A stretch of 64,000 nt of DNA from Felis catus (Eukaryota). This document shows, piece by piece, positions 22,822 through 35,739 of the stretch (positions are counted from its first letter, which is position 1; each line of letters begins with the position of its first letter). Below the pieces are notes generated by a model. It was not told the DNA's origin. It searched no databases and was given only the letters and a program-made list of their open reading frames with translations. The DNA lies in assembly GCF_018350175.1 (NCBI RefSeq), contig NC_058380.1:92504001-92568000 (forward strand), in the 5' to 3' direction. Made by a program: the position numbers and the translations under genes.

Positions 22822-25800
22822 CCCATCGCTGCCGTCCTCGCTGCTGGAGCTCCAGCGCACGCTGCGAAGGGGCCGCCGCCGCCGCCTCCTCCCCCGACTC
22901 TGCTTCTTCTGTGGGGAAAGGGCTACTTGGAGGCCTTGGCGACCCGGGGCTCACGGACCGGGGACAACCCCTTGGCGAGAGACCCCGGGCAGGCTTGGAC
23001 ACGGTGCGCCGAGAGCACGGCACCCGCACGGCTCTGAGGCGGCAGCGGCTGCCGACCAGCCCGGGTCTCCGTGCCCTTGGCCTCCAGGAAGAAGACACGT
23101 GCCAGGGCCAGAAACCAGACGTCCCTCCTCTCCCCGCCACCACCCCCCCCCCCCCCGCGGGATGCCGGCTCCCCTAGTGATACGGCCTTCAGACTGACTT
23201 TTGGACGAGCCTTACCCTGACCATGATTTTCCACTTGCTCAGACACTGGGAGCCCGTCCGATGGGGTAGTTCCGAAGCTATCTTTGCCCAGTGACCTACG
23301 GAGGCAAAACGACACAGAAGCCGTTTCACGTGATGCTTGACAACGCGTCTACCGGCTTGAAAAGGGCCCTTCCAGGAGACGCGCTGTCTCCCACAGAGGA
23401 CCTGCGTCGTATTCCGTCAGCACGGGGTCTCCCGGTCACCTGCACACCGCGCCCCACATCTGAGCAGCTCAACGACACGCAGGGCGTCCGGTTCTCCAAG
23501 GACAATCAGCCCTTTAACAAAATTCTAGAGAATGCACATCCCGGGGAGAAAAAGCCGTCCACGCTCATGTAAAAAACGGCCCTTGCGTGTCCGCCATGCT
23601 CAGGCTTCAAACCCGACACTTAAAACCGTCTCTTCTTTCCTTCCGGACAGGGCTGGTGGGAGGGCACGGGCGCCCTGCTTTCACGGACAGCGTGACCCTG
23701 TGGGACGGAGGTCAGGTTTCGGCATGCACCCGCACTCAGCACCACCGCGTCTGGGACTTTTCCTAAGGAGACGCTGCCAACAGGAGTGAGGACGCGGCTA
23801 CTGAACCCTCAGCTCTTTCCGGCCGCAGCAGAGACGGGAGACAGCTGTCCGCCAGCGGATGGCGGGCTGGGAGACTCGTGTGTCGTCACTCAGGACATAC
23901 GACGCGGTCATCGAAAGCCACGGTCAAACACAGGACGCGTAAAGGCAGAAAACATTCGCCACGGACGGCAAAACGGCACAAAACAGCCAACGCGGTTACA
24001 TCGTGTCGAACGATGCAACTTTCAAAAGCCGCCCTAGAAACCGGCCCAGAGAGGACGGGGCAGGGGCGCGCGGCCGGCGGCACAGCTCTCCCCCTGGTGC
24101 CCGTGGCGCTCTCGACTCGACGCTGACCGTGCATCGGTCTGTGAGAAGGAAGAGCCGCCGCTGCCGGCTGAGGACCCAGGGGCAGCAGAGACCCGGGGAG
24201 CAAACGGGCCGAGGACTCACCGACGCCGTACTTTTCTATCAGTTCCATCAACTTCTCCTCCTCTTTTGCGCTCCATCGCCCCTTCTTCAGGCCGAAGTGC
24301 AGCCTTCTGAGGTACCTGAAAGCAGCAGGGGCACAGGCAGCGTCAGACGCCAAAACGCCCTCCCGCGCTGTCCCGCGCTGTCCCGGCACCAGAAGCTCGG
24401 TGACAAACGAAACGAAAGCTGTAAGCTAGCCTGTGGGGGAATGAGCTTTGGGATTCCCTGAGCCTGCAGGACGGGTCAACAAGGCGTGAGAAACTAGAAA
24501 GCCGCAGGATGCGCGCACCCAAGTCTGGGTAAAGGAGATTCGGCAAAGTGCGACAAAGGTCCCCGTATAGGACAAAGGCACAGGAAGAGGGGCTCTCAGG
24601 ACGAAAATGTCCAAGGGGAGGTGAACAGCATTAGGTAAATAGACATGGGGAGGGCGGGGCCCAGGCCCCGATACAAAGGTATTCGAGGTAAACGAGATTC
24701 AATGTTCAGCTTGGGGACAAGCCCCAACTTAGTGCTACAGCACAAAGCTGCTTTCACGGGAAGCAAGGACCAAGTGAGGCAAACAGGTCAACAGGGCCAG
24801 AGATCCCTGCCGGGTGAAGTTGCCCAGAGGGAGCTAATTAGCAAGGGAAAGGGGCCTCGTTGACCCTGAGGTAGCAGGCTCCCTCTGACCGTCCTGATCG
24901 TCAGCGGGTCTCATCCCCTAGGCTAGCTAAGACGCTGGGCGTCATCAAAACTAAAAGCTTTCAAGGCGACTCACGGGACGCCATGGAGAAAGTGACAACA
25001 CAACCCACACGCCGGCAGCGAGAATTTGCCAGGCAAGCGTCGTGTCCGCTAAGGGACCCCTGGCCAGAACGCTAACGAGCCAACGCCACAAACACAGCTC
25101 CAGTTCTCGAAGGGGCCAATGAGGGGCGCCTGGGCCGCTCAGCTGGTCGACTGTCTGGCCGGCTCAGGTCACGACCTCACAGTTCGTGGGTTCCAGTCCC
25201 GCATCGGGCTCCACGCCGACAGGATGGATCCTGCTTGGGCTTCTCTGTCTCCCCCTCTCTCTGCCCCTCCCCCGCTCAGGCTTTCCCGCTCTCTCAAGAT
25301 AAACAAGCTTTACGACACGAGTGGATATTCCTGCAGACAGGATCCGCAAACAGCCGGTTAGCACGCGGACGCCCCGCATCGCGGGCCGTCCAGGAGATGC
25401 AAGGTGAAACCACCCGAGATGCCACGGCACACCCACTGAGCCGCCTGCAATCCGGAAGACGCACAGGAGCCGGTGAGGGCGTGCAGACACCGCGGCCCCA
25501 CGGCTGCCGCCGCCGAGGAAAAAGTCACCGCGTGACCGAAAACCCCGCTCCCGGGCGCGCACCGGGAGCAGCGACTGTCCGTCCGCACGTGTACTTCCGC
25601 ACACACGTTCACGTCTCCGAGGTCATCCGCGCTGCCGTGTCAAAACTGCGTCTGTTTATCTTGTGAAGGAATCTCCACCCCCAACGGGGGCCCAAACTCA
25701 CGACCCCAAGATGGAGAGTCCACGCAGCACCGTCCCAGCCAGCCGGGCGCCCCTGGATTTCGTTTGTTTTACAGCTGAATGACATCGTGGCGTCCATCTG

Positions 25801-28800
25801 ATTTTAGAACCACACCTGTGGCTTCCCTGTTCTTCCCGCCGGACATCGGCTGTTCCTGCCCCGTGGCCAGTGACCGGCGTGGCTGTGGACACGAGTGTAC
25901 GTGTGCCCGTTTGGGGCCCTGCTCTCAGGACGACACAAGCACTCGCTCTGTTTCCCGAGGACCCTCCACGGTCTTCCACGGCGCCTGCACCACGCTGCGC
26001 TCCGCGGGCACACGAGGGCCGTGCTTTCTCCACACGCGTGTCGGCACCTCCTCTTTTCCAGAACTGTCCTAAGACAATCGTCCCGCCGCATGTGAAGTGG
26101 TCTCTTGCTGCTGCCGTGACCTGTTATCTCCCCCACGACTGATGACCGGTGACACCAAGCATCTTTCCGTTTCCTCTCTGGAGAAAGGTCTGCGTGAGTC
26201 CCCGTCCTCATCCATTTTGCTGTCGCTGGGACACAGGGTTTCTTTGTAGGGGGGTCAAATGTCCTAAGCTGATGGGGGTGACGGGCCGCACCGCTCAGTC
26301 GATGCACCAAAACCCACAGGACGGGACCCTTTAAGCGAAGACGCCGGACGCTGCACAGATTATGTTCCAATGAAACGTTATGAGGACACCCGAGCTGACA
26401 CGAAGCGGCCGAGGCTGCCTCCAGGGCCCTGGCCCGTCAGGGCTCTGGCGGAGGAACCTGGACGACGGGCTCAGAGGCACTGCTGACCAGGGGCCACCTC
26501 ACGCTTGGAAAAACAGCAGCCATCCTGCTTCCCTACCGGTCACCACCCCCCCGGCCCACCCCCCACCAGCAGCCCACCCGCCGGCCCACCCGGAAGCGGC
26601 CCCGGCGAGGCCTCCCTCACCCAGCGGGGTCCAACTCACCGATCTCGGCACTGGGCATCGCTCCTACCTGGCACCTCTTCCCGGATTTTAAACCAATCCT
26701 GCTCCCCGTACTTGGCGACGGCTCGAAGCAACTTCTGCAGGAAAGGACGGCAAACCAGCGATGCGTCTGCGGGCAGCCGTGACCCCTGCACCCTCCGCTC
26801 AGTCCCCTGAGGAAGGAAGGTCCGAGGACGGCTCTCCTCGGCCTCGGCCTCCGCGGCGGCGGACTCACCGCATCCTCCTCTGGGGCCCAGAGCCCCTTCT
26901 TCAGGTTGGGATCCAAGCTCTTGGTCCACCGATAGATGAGCTGCATGGAGTCTCTCCCTTCCATGTAGTAGACAACTGGGGACAGAGGGGCGGCGTGGGC
27001 ACCCGGGACTGCGCGACCCCGCGTGCCCGTGGGGACCGAGCTGCCTCCACACGGAGGGGGCTCCGGGCCCGGGGGCGCCAGGGGGCCCAGCGGCAGGGGT
27101 GCGTGCGGGCGGACTCACTTCTCCGGTAGGGGATGTGGCTGCCGACGCGCATCTCCTGCACGAGCTGGGTGAGCAGGTGGTCCTCCTCCGGGGTCCACTC
27201 CCTGCGCTTCAGAGCCCTGTTGTGCTGCTGGTACTTCTGCAGGCACTGGAAGGCGCTGCGGCCGGTCTTCCGGGGCCGGGACAAAGCACAGTGGGCGTTA
27301 CCCGGAGAGCACCCCCGCGGAGGGCCCGCCAGGGTACAAGTCGCGAACGCCACCGCCCGCCACCGCCCGCTCACTCGCACCGGAGCCCTGGACGGACGGC
27401 GCAGGGCGTCCCTGTGGCGGGAGACGGCCACGAAGCACCAGATGGGACACGGACGGCGAGAGCGCGAGTCCAGAAACATCCACGACGCTTCCCTCACGTG
27501 ACACCAGAGCTGCCCCGGAGTGCTCACGGGGGCGCCAGCGCGACGATCCGGGGGAGGCGCCGCCCCGCAGAGCGCGCGCTCTGTGAGCCGGGGGCCTGCC
27601 TGCTGCCCAGTCCTGGGGCCCCCGGGGGGCTGGTCTCTCTGAGGCCTCTGTGGTCTACCCAGACGACGGGGCAGCAGGGGCTGGATGCGTGTCGGGGTGC
27701 GGGGACGGGCGCGGTGTGGCGCCCATGTCTCTGGAGGCGCCCTCCCAGGGGGGCTCCGGGGCGACCGGACCCCCGCTTCCACACACGCCGCGGCTCAGCA
27801 ACTACACCACCAGTCTACACCGCCGACGGGTTTGCTCAGACCCGTCCCCTCACTCGTTTCCTTATGGGGAGGGAGCTTCCCAAGAGCTAATTAACGTTAC
27901 CTGAACCCTCTTTTTTCCTAAAGAAAACTCCTGGGTCACAGAAGACGTGACGCACGGACGGACGCGCAATCTGCTCAGCTACGGGGACTGGGTGTGACGA
28001 TGCCTTTTTAGACACGACACCACGCGTGATTCTCTCACGATCCTTGAAAGAACGCAGCCGCTGACCCTCATGAAAACAGAGGACCCCTGCTTAGACAACG
28101 CTAGGAAAGTGAGACCGGGAGCCACAGACGGGAGAAAACATCCGCAGAACACACCCATCCGATAAAGGACCGTTACTCTCAACACGCAGAACGGTCCTCG
28201 AAGCTCAATAAGAAAACAATCTGACTACAAAACAGAGCAAACGTTGGGGGGCCTGGAGGCTCAGCCAGTTGAGCGTCCGACTCGATTTCTGCTCGGGTCG
28301 TGCCGTCACAGTTCACGAGACGGAGCCCCGCATCGGGCTCTGCGCTGACAGTGTGGACCCTGCTTGGGACCCCCTCTCTCCTTCTCTCTGCCCCTCCCCC
28401 CGTGTACGTGTGCTCTCTTGTGCACGCGCTCCTTCTTTCTCTCAAACGCTTAAAAAAAAAAAAAAAACACCAAAAGCCTCAACAGGCCCTTTGCCAAAGA
28501 CACACAAACGAGCAATAAAGCGCCGTTTATCGTCAGGGAAACGCAAAAGCAAAGCAGCCACCCTCGCACCCCTGCAAGGACGGCTGGAGCCTGGAGCCCT
28601 GACACGGCCACACGCCGGCGAGGACGCGGGGTGGCGGGACTCTCGTTCGTGGGGAGGGCTACGCGGCGCGGGGCAGCCAGTCCGTAGGACCGTTTGGTGG
28701 CTTCCTACAGAACCAAACACCCTCTCGGCACACGACCGCTCCTTGGTGTTGACCCAAACGAGCGCAAGACTCACGTCCACCCAGACACCTGCGCACAGAT

Positions 28801-31800
28801 GTTACCAGCCGCCTCATTCACGATCGCGGGACCCTGGAGCGACCAGGATGCCCTGCAGCAGGTGGGCGGACCACGCTTTATCCAGACAAGGGGACGTCAG
28901 CGCTAAGGAGAACGAAGCGGTCGAGCTGGGAGAAGACACAGAGGACCCTTAAACGCACGTTCCGCGCGGCCTTGGTTAACGTCAGTGTGGTTCCCTGCAG
29001 TCACGTGCTGGTCTACGAAAGCAGTAAGTTATACCACGGAGATTGCACGGATCACGTTCCCAGGTCGTGAACCAGCAAAACTCAAACCGGAGAATAATAC
29101 AAGATATTTCAAGAAACCGAACCACAGAGAGAGTGACAAAGCACATTCTTATGTAAACTAAGATCCAAAGACGTGATGAAAAAACCCCAAAATCAGACCC
29201 GTCCTAGAAACCTACAGAGAGGAGAGCTCACAGCAAGCTGTTCTCAGAAAAGCAGGCCTTAAACGCCTTCGTGAGTAAAGACAGACTGAACGAAGCCCTT
29301 CAGCCTTCACCTCGGAAACGAGAACACCAACGCGAGACCCTGGAAGAAACCAGGAGCGTTCCCCTTAAGCCCCATCAGAACGAACCCCCGGGCTTGACGG
29401 GGACAAGGAAGGAGGATCTGGAAGGAAGCCAAAGACAGGCCTGGAGGGGCGGGGGAGGGCGAGTGAGCACTCAGAGACAGGATGGGGGCCAAGGAGCTAG
29501 AAGCTCCTGGAGACTCTGCCGTGGGAGGGGGGAGGGGCTGCTGCCCCCAGGGCCGCACCCTCCAAAGTGGCACCAAGAAGAACCTGATGGCTCCCAGGGT
29601 GAGATGTGCCACGCAGCCCGCGGAGACCCCAAACCCGCCCGGCCCCCCCGGCCTCTCGGAGGCCCCGCCGGCCCTCACCCCCAGCTCCTTGGCGATCTTC
29701 TGCCACTGCAGGTGGCCGTGCTTGGCTGCGATGGCCTTGAGCTGCTCGACCTCCGGCCCGCTCCACTCCTGCTTGTTGATGCTCGGGTGCTCACAGTTCT
29801 GCCAGAACTTCCGGATCTCCTCTGCACTGCGGCCGCCCTCGAACTGCACCGACAGAGAGAGAGCCAGCCTGCGGGGGGGCCGTCCCTCTGATGGCTGGCC
29901 GTGATGGCTCAGCACCCGGGACAAGCGGGGTCCCCGTCCAGGTCGCCAGGACTTGCACAACCAAGAGTGGGGGTTGGGCTCCCAGCGCAAAGCCTGAACC
30001 TTCACACCCTCCCGTTTCAGAAGAGCCACGTCACCCCGGCGGGGCGAGCCCGCGAGGCCACCCCACACTGCTGGACACGCGACCGACCAGAGGCTTCAAG
30101 GTAGGTCTAGTGGCCACAGGGATGAGGCCTGACCGCCTAGAGCTGACCCACGCCCCCAGCTGCCGGGACGACCGCAGGCCGCTGTCGCCTCAGCACCGCC
30201 CCAACTTACGTTAATGTTGGAGATCTTCTCCCAGTCGTGGCCGTCCAGCCTGTTCCCCAGCAAGGTCTCCTCTGGGAGCTCCCTGGAGGAAGGAACAGGT
30301 CGCCAGGGTCACGCCTGGCCTTCTTCGCCTCTCCCCAGGTCACACCCTCCCCAGAAGGCCCAGCTCACCGGATGTCCCGGACCTCCTTCTCCGCCTCTCT
30401 GCTCTGCTTCTCCAGGACCTGCCTCTCTGCCTCACTGGTCACCCTACTCCGTTTCTGGTGCAAGTATTCAAGCCTACGGGGCAGAGCAGAGGCACCGGGG
30501 TTACTCGCATCAGGGCCGTGTCCCGGGGGCGGGGGGCGGTGTCTCTGGGGCCAGCTCGGCCTCCCCGTGCACCGGGGCACGTGCACCGCTCCACATGATG
30601 AGGCCCGGTGGCAGGGAGCACACACAGGAGCCTGGTCCCGGCTCTGAGCCTGCCCCTTGCAGGCAGAAGGCTGTCCGAGCTCCACGCCCAGAGGAAGCAG
30701 CCAGCGACACCCCTCTCTGGGCTGTCACCACGGTCACGTCAATGACTAGCGCGACAGGTCTGCTGACGCAGATGATAACCACCACCAGCTCAGCGGCCCA
30801 GCCGCCAGCCCTGGGCAAGGCGTGCACGGACGTGCTCCGAGGGCAGCCTGGCGACAAAGCCTGCAGGAACCCCTTCCGGAGGCCAGGGGAGAGGACCCAT
30901 CACTGAGGCCAGTCCTGACCCACGCGTGGAGCCACGAGACTGCGGGCAGCCCCCAAGACTCCCGGCCCGGCCATGGGCGCTGCGATCCGTTCACACGACA
31001 TCACCCCTTCGGCACACAAAAAGCGGGTCTCGTGAGCAGTGCCCATTTTCACAAGTGGAAACTGAGCCCGAGACCAGAGAAACTACCCGAGCTGTGCCTG
31101 ACTGAACGCGGCCACTCGGCCTTCCCGGTTCTTGCACGCCTGGCCTCGAGCTCGGCTGCCTCCCTGGGGAAAAGTTTCAGGGGCCAGCGCCTCTCCTACG
31201 GGAGCAGGGGGACACAGCCACACCAAGCGGCTGCCTGTCACTAAGCCTCCGGCCTGGACCCCTCGCGCTCCCGGCGAGGCTGGCGCCCGCGGCTGTTCTT
31301 ACACTCACTTCAGTAACTTGGGCTGAAGCAGGCGCTGTAGGCGGTCGCTCACCACTGACCTTCTGAGCAAGGCCTTCTCCCAGTTTTTCCCTGAGAAGAA
31401 ACGACGGCATCAGCAGAGCCTTCCCGACTTCCCCTCGACCAAGTGGTGGGCACGTGACCGTTCCAGGACCACGGCACTGGCCGGGTACCCCAGCCCGGCT
31501 GTTGAGCGAGCACGACGCCCCGGCCCAAGCTCACGGAAGGGCCCCTGGGGCTGTGTGTTCAGGAATAAGACACGTGAGACTACACAGTGAGCCGTGGGGA
31601 TGGTGGTCCCCACATGGCGCGTGGGACAGGCTGGGGCTTTGAGTGGCCGGTCCCAGCGGTCAAGGCCCGAAGGAGCCCAAGGAACCAGAGGAGGGTGCCT
31701 GTGGAAAGGCAGGGCTGTGGCGCTGAGGGCCCGGCGCAGGGGCTTACACTTAGTCACCAGGAGCTCCTCGAAAGCCTTGATGCCCTGGGCGGCCTTCTCC

Positions 31801-34800
31801 CGCGTGTCTTCGTTGGCTGGAGGCCCCTGCCAGACAGGGCAGCGTCACGACGTGGACGGACGCCGAGTGCTCTCTCCCCACGGCCCGCGCTTCCCCTCGG
31901 CCTCCTCGAGCAGCCTGGCCACGTGTGAGGCCTGGCAGTGGACACCTGGGCCCAGCGCTGGACTCTGAGCGGCCGTGAGCACGACCCGGCCGGCACGGGC
32001 GGGCTCAGTAGCTCCAGCCCTCGCTGCCAGGCCTCTCCGATCCGGCCAATGAGCCCCACCCAAGGTGCCCCTCCTTAAGGAAACGTCTCTGGGGCTTATC
32101 CGTGGAGCCGGGGTCAGCGTGCCACATTCCAGGCCCAGAGACCACGTTCCAGGCCCAGAGACCACGTTCCAGGCCCAGAGACCACGTTCCAGGGCCACAG
32201 ACCTTGACTTCCACCATAGACACCAAAAAGTTTTAGGAAGATCGGAGAACATTGTCCTGAAGAGCACGAGGAACAGACAACACCCACAGCAGGTGCTGGG
32301 AGAAGAGCCCCTTCCCACGCAGCCTGCCCCTCCCTCACGGGTGACAGTGGAGCCCCGGCTACTCACCACTCCGGTGACCCTGTCCTTGAAGTAGGGCTTC
32401 ATGAAGTGCCCTATGTACAGATTCGGGGGCAGACTCTTGCCGTCTTTCACCTTGGGGCCTTTGGACCCTGCCAGGTCACACATGATCTCCTCCTGTGACA
32501 GACACAGGGAGCCCATCTGGGGCCAGGCGGCAGCGATGCCCTTGTGGAGAAGGCGACCGGGGCAGCCAGGGAGCAGACGTAACCAGAAGCACTAGTCCCG
32601 GGGCGCCTGGCCACGGGGGTGCCGAGGGCCCGTCCTACCTGCTGCTCCCGGTTCTGGGCCAGCAGGAGGCTGACCTCCGCCAGCCTCTCCTGGATGACCT
32701 CCTGGTAGACCATGTTCAGCTGCAGGCAGGTCTCTGGGTCTTCAGGGAGGGTCTTCTTGGGGTCGTCCTCGCCATTGCTGGCCTCTCCCCACCTCTCCTC
32801 TTCCTGGTCACAAGTGGGGAGCTACGGGTGAGGCGGGGGGGCCTGCAGACCCGCCCCCCGTGACCCGGGCAGCACAAGCAGCCTCTGAGCTCATGGGCCA
32901 ACAAGGGTCGGGGCCACGTACAGCGTGTGCACAGGCCACGATCAAGGACGCGAGAAAATCAACGTCTGGAGGAACGTCTCGGGTGGGAAGGCGTGAGGAG
33001 GTGAGCGCTTTTCACTTTCCACGATAAATGTTTCTGGTGAACCTGAAGTTCAGAACGGGCCCACAGGCCTCCGCCCCCGGCAGGGGACGGCGAGCAAGAA
33101 CACGAGTGAGGAAGGCCATCACAGGGCCGGCAAAGCTAAGAACCGGGAAGAGGCTGCTCGCTGCCCAGCAGGTGAGGAACTACGGGAAGCCTACGCCACG
33201 GGGACCGCTGCTCGAAGGCCATCACAGGGCCGGCAAAGCTAAGAACCGGGAAGAGGCTGCTCGCTGCCCAGCAGGTGAGGAACTACGGGAAGCCTACGCC
33301 ACGGGGACCACTGCTCGTTGAAACCAGGAAGCGAAGCTGTACCTCCTGCCTCAGTGAAAAACTGAAAAGCGGATTGTAAAAATTCTCCAGGTTGACGTGA
33401 GATTCTAAAACAAACCAGAAGTGGCGACAAAAACTGGAGTGGCCTAGTTAGGGATTTACGCCTCTCGACTTTCTGAGATCCCCGTAACGTGCGTGGGTCG
33501 ACCTGACGTCGTGTGTGGAAGGGTCCGAGCAGGTGAGGCTGGCCCCTCGTAGCTCTCTCGCTCTCTCGCTCACTCGCTCTCTCTCCCCCCCGACCCCCGC
33601 AGGCTCAATTTCCTGAACTGTGAGATCATGATCTCTCTCTCTCTCTCTCTCTCTCTCCCCACAGAGAGAGAGCTCCTCTCTGTGCCTCAGTCTACAGCGG
33701 GCCCACGTGTGTGACCGCCCAGGACCGTGCCTGCAAGGACTGAGGCAGGGAGAGGGAGCTACGAGGGGCCGGCCTCGGCTGCTCGGACCCTTCCGCACGT
33801 GACGTCAGATCGACCCACACAGGTTACGGAGAGCTCAGAAAGTCGGCAGGCGTAAATCCCCAACTATTAACAACAGTCGTTTCTTGGGACAATTTCCGTT
33901 TTGGTGACAAATACTTTGGGATACGTCATCTTCAGTGACGAGCACGCAGAAAAATCAAGACGAGCTCAGAGCACTGCCCTCCTGGGCCCACTGGCAGGGT
34001 GGCAACTGCCTGGGCGGGCTCCACCAGCTCAGGCCGGTACTTACCGAGGCCAGGGAGCCAGCAGCGTCCGAGTCCTCTTCAGGCAGCGAGTCTGTGGGAA
34101 CACAAGCACAGGGGACGCAAGTTGGGGACGTGATGGGATGCAATACCCGCCAAAGAAACGACCGGCAGGTGCAGCACAGGGCTGTTTCCTGATAGCCACA
34201 GGCGAGGGAAGGGCCGAAAGGCCTCAGGACAAGACTGTATTGCCTGGACCCTCCCTCCCTGAGGGCTGGTGGCTGAATGCTACCCACTAACCAGGCAGGA
34301 CAGGCCCTGAGCCAAGGGCAGGGGCAGCCAGGAAGGGAAGACACAGAGAACAGGGTCCGCCAGGGCAATGAGGGGAAGCCTTGCAGGAACAGACCCGTTC
34401 GGGGGAGCTGGAGCTACTGGGGGGTGGGGAGCAGGTGCAGAGGCCCTGATCGTAGGTGAGAGAAAGGCCCCAGCGTGGTCAGAAACTCTGAGAAACTGAG
34501 ACTTAGAGATGCACCTGGGGCTGGGGAGAGGTGGGCAGGCCTGGGGGCCCAGGGGAGCCTGTGGGGTGACTCTCAGCTGTCCAGCATGGTGGCTGTCCGG
34601 CACGGAGGTGGCCGACAAGCTGAGCTCTGGAACCATCTGATTCCTGGGAAGGGCAGCCGGCCACCCACCTGGGACAGAGTGACACAGATGCCCCCAAAGG
34701 GCACTCATGCGCAGCCGGCAGGTCCACGGCACGTGGAGGAGGGGCGGAGAGAAACCATCGCGGGGAGTAAAGGCAGAGGCCAGCTTGTGTGAGAAACGGC

Positions 34801-35007
34801 TGGTCCGCAGCCTGCTGTGGCTGCCAGGAGCCGGAGGGCAGATGCATCCGGTCTAGCCACGGCCTATGAAAGCTCACCTGCTTCGGAATCCAGTGCAAGA
34901 CCAGACTCCGAGACCTCCACGCTGATACTCGAGGAGCTGGGATCCAAGATCCTTTCTAATTCTTCAATCTCCTTTGCTATTTTCTCTCTTTCGGCGTCCA
35001 CGTCCAT
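15647..35007 (-). CDS. SNAPC4: snRNA-activating protein complex subunit 4 (SNAP190, Myb repeats), 22 coding exons, 1453 aa
   Basis: Exons 35007-34878, 34091-34045, 32803-32639, 32492-32367, 31826-31748, 31390-31309, 30473-30369, 30282-30210, 29843-29679, 27266-27119, 26975-26869, 26734-26640, 24315-24221, 23295-23216, 22908-22420, 21649-21566, 21062-20816, 20382-20312, 19857-19747, 19073-19046, 18451-16734, 15763-15647; total 4362 nt in frame. Starts MDVDAEREKI, carries Myb repeats (WTPEEDHLL, GRSDAQCRDRY, KKGRWSAKEE) and the PKPKTVSELLREKR region, ends RKRRRLV*. Confidence 0.95.
21114..21545. repeat. 22-bp G-rich minisatellite, about 19 copies, in a SNAPC4 intron
   Basis: Unit GCAGGGGGCCCAGACCGAGGG(C/G) repeated nearly perfectly. 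Confidence 0.95.
22784..22820 (-). repeat. (CAG)12 microsatellite encoding poly-Ser (11 x AGC) in SNAPC4
   Basis: Uninterrupted CTG run on + within coding exon 22908-22420. Confidence 0.9.
24930..26270. mobile_element. Degenerate L1M 3' fragments in both orientations, interrupted by a SINE
   Basis: L1-like words CATCAAAACTAAAAGCTT.., CAACCCAC..GAGAATTTGC and GAGATGCAAGGTGAAACCAC on +. An antisense L1-like stretch (TCTCTGGAGAAAGGTCTG) lies further right. Boundaries are approximate. Confidence 0.45.
25123..25305 (+). mobile_element. CAN-SINE
   Basis: GGGGCGCCTGGG..GCTCAG head, GGCTCAGGTCACGACCTCACAGTTCGTGGG body, CT-rich tract and A tail. Confidence 0.85.
28030..29400 (+). mobile_element. Degenerate L1M fragments with an embedded SINE
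   Basis: GCCACAGACGGGAGAAAACATCCGCA..GATAAAGGAC and TCGTCAGGGAAACGCAAA resemble the L1 ORF2 3' end and UTR. Boundaries are approximate. Confidence 0.5.
28245..28467 (+). mobile_element. CAN-SINE
   Basis: GGGGGCCTGGAGGCTCAGCCAGTTGAGCGTCCGACT head, typical body and polyA tail. Confidence 0.88.
32122..32203. repeat. 20-bp tandem repeat, 4 copies
   Basis: ACCACGTTCCAGGCCCAGAG units. Confidence 0.9.
33111..33317. repeat. 103-bp tandem duplication, 2 copies with 1 mismatch
   Basis: GAAGGCCATCACAGGGCCGGCAAAGCTAAGAACC... at 33111 and 33214. Confidence 0.92.
33445..33866. repeat. Long imperfect inverted repeat (MITE-like palindrome) with a SINE/CT insertion
   Basis: 33445-33557 is the approximate reverse complement of 33753-33866. 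An inner pair TGCCTCAGTC / GACTGAGGCA continues the symmetry. Confidence 0.85.
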
Positions 35008-35739
35008 GACTCCTACCTGCCACCAGAGCGCATCACGAGATTTCAGGAACCAAGAGTCTGCAGACACACACCCGTAGGGGATGACAGAAGCCTGACCAAA
35101 GCAGGCACTCCCACTCGAGGGAGCCCTGGGACTGTGATATGACACCCCCCCCCCCCGTGTCCCCACGAACACCCGCTGTTTGTTCTAGCGGGTGAGGAAA
35201 CCATGTGAGTGTGACCTGCCCACTCTGATCTAAGGCTGTGACCAGCAGGGGGGGCAGGGCAATGGACACCTGGACACCAACATGGCCCAAGAGCCTGGCC
35301 TGTCTTCCCAGAGCCAAGCCACAAGAGAGCTGGTCACCCAGTGCAGAAACAGCAGGTTGTGGCAACAAAGTCACCAGAGGACAAGAACGAGACCCAGGCA
35401 GTCAGGACCTCAGCTGCGCAGCCTGCTCCCCTGCCAGGAGACGCCCAGAGAGCATCTGGCAAATGTGCAGGAAAGGCAGGTGGCAGGCACTACGGGGGGC
35501 AGCAGGAACGAAGCCCCCTGAGGGCAGGGTCCCCTGAGGTTCCCTGCTCCGTCTCCAGCACCTACAACGGCACCTATTGAACGAACAGAACCTTCTTTCT
35601 TAATGATACCAGTCTGGGAAGTCTAAAAGGGACAGAAAGCTGGAAAGAGAGCTAGGAGAATAAAGCTGAGGCAGAAAAAAGAGCAAAGGAACACAGCACA
35701 GACCTAGGAGCCAACGACCAAGCCCAGAAACATTCCCGC

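Noticed and set aside
22775-23143. Apparent polyQ, polyA, polyL and polyC ORFs
   Set aside because: They are alternative frames of the (AGC)n poly-Ser tract. The splice phase fixes the Ser frame.
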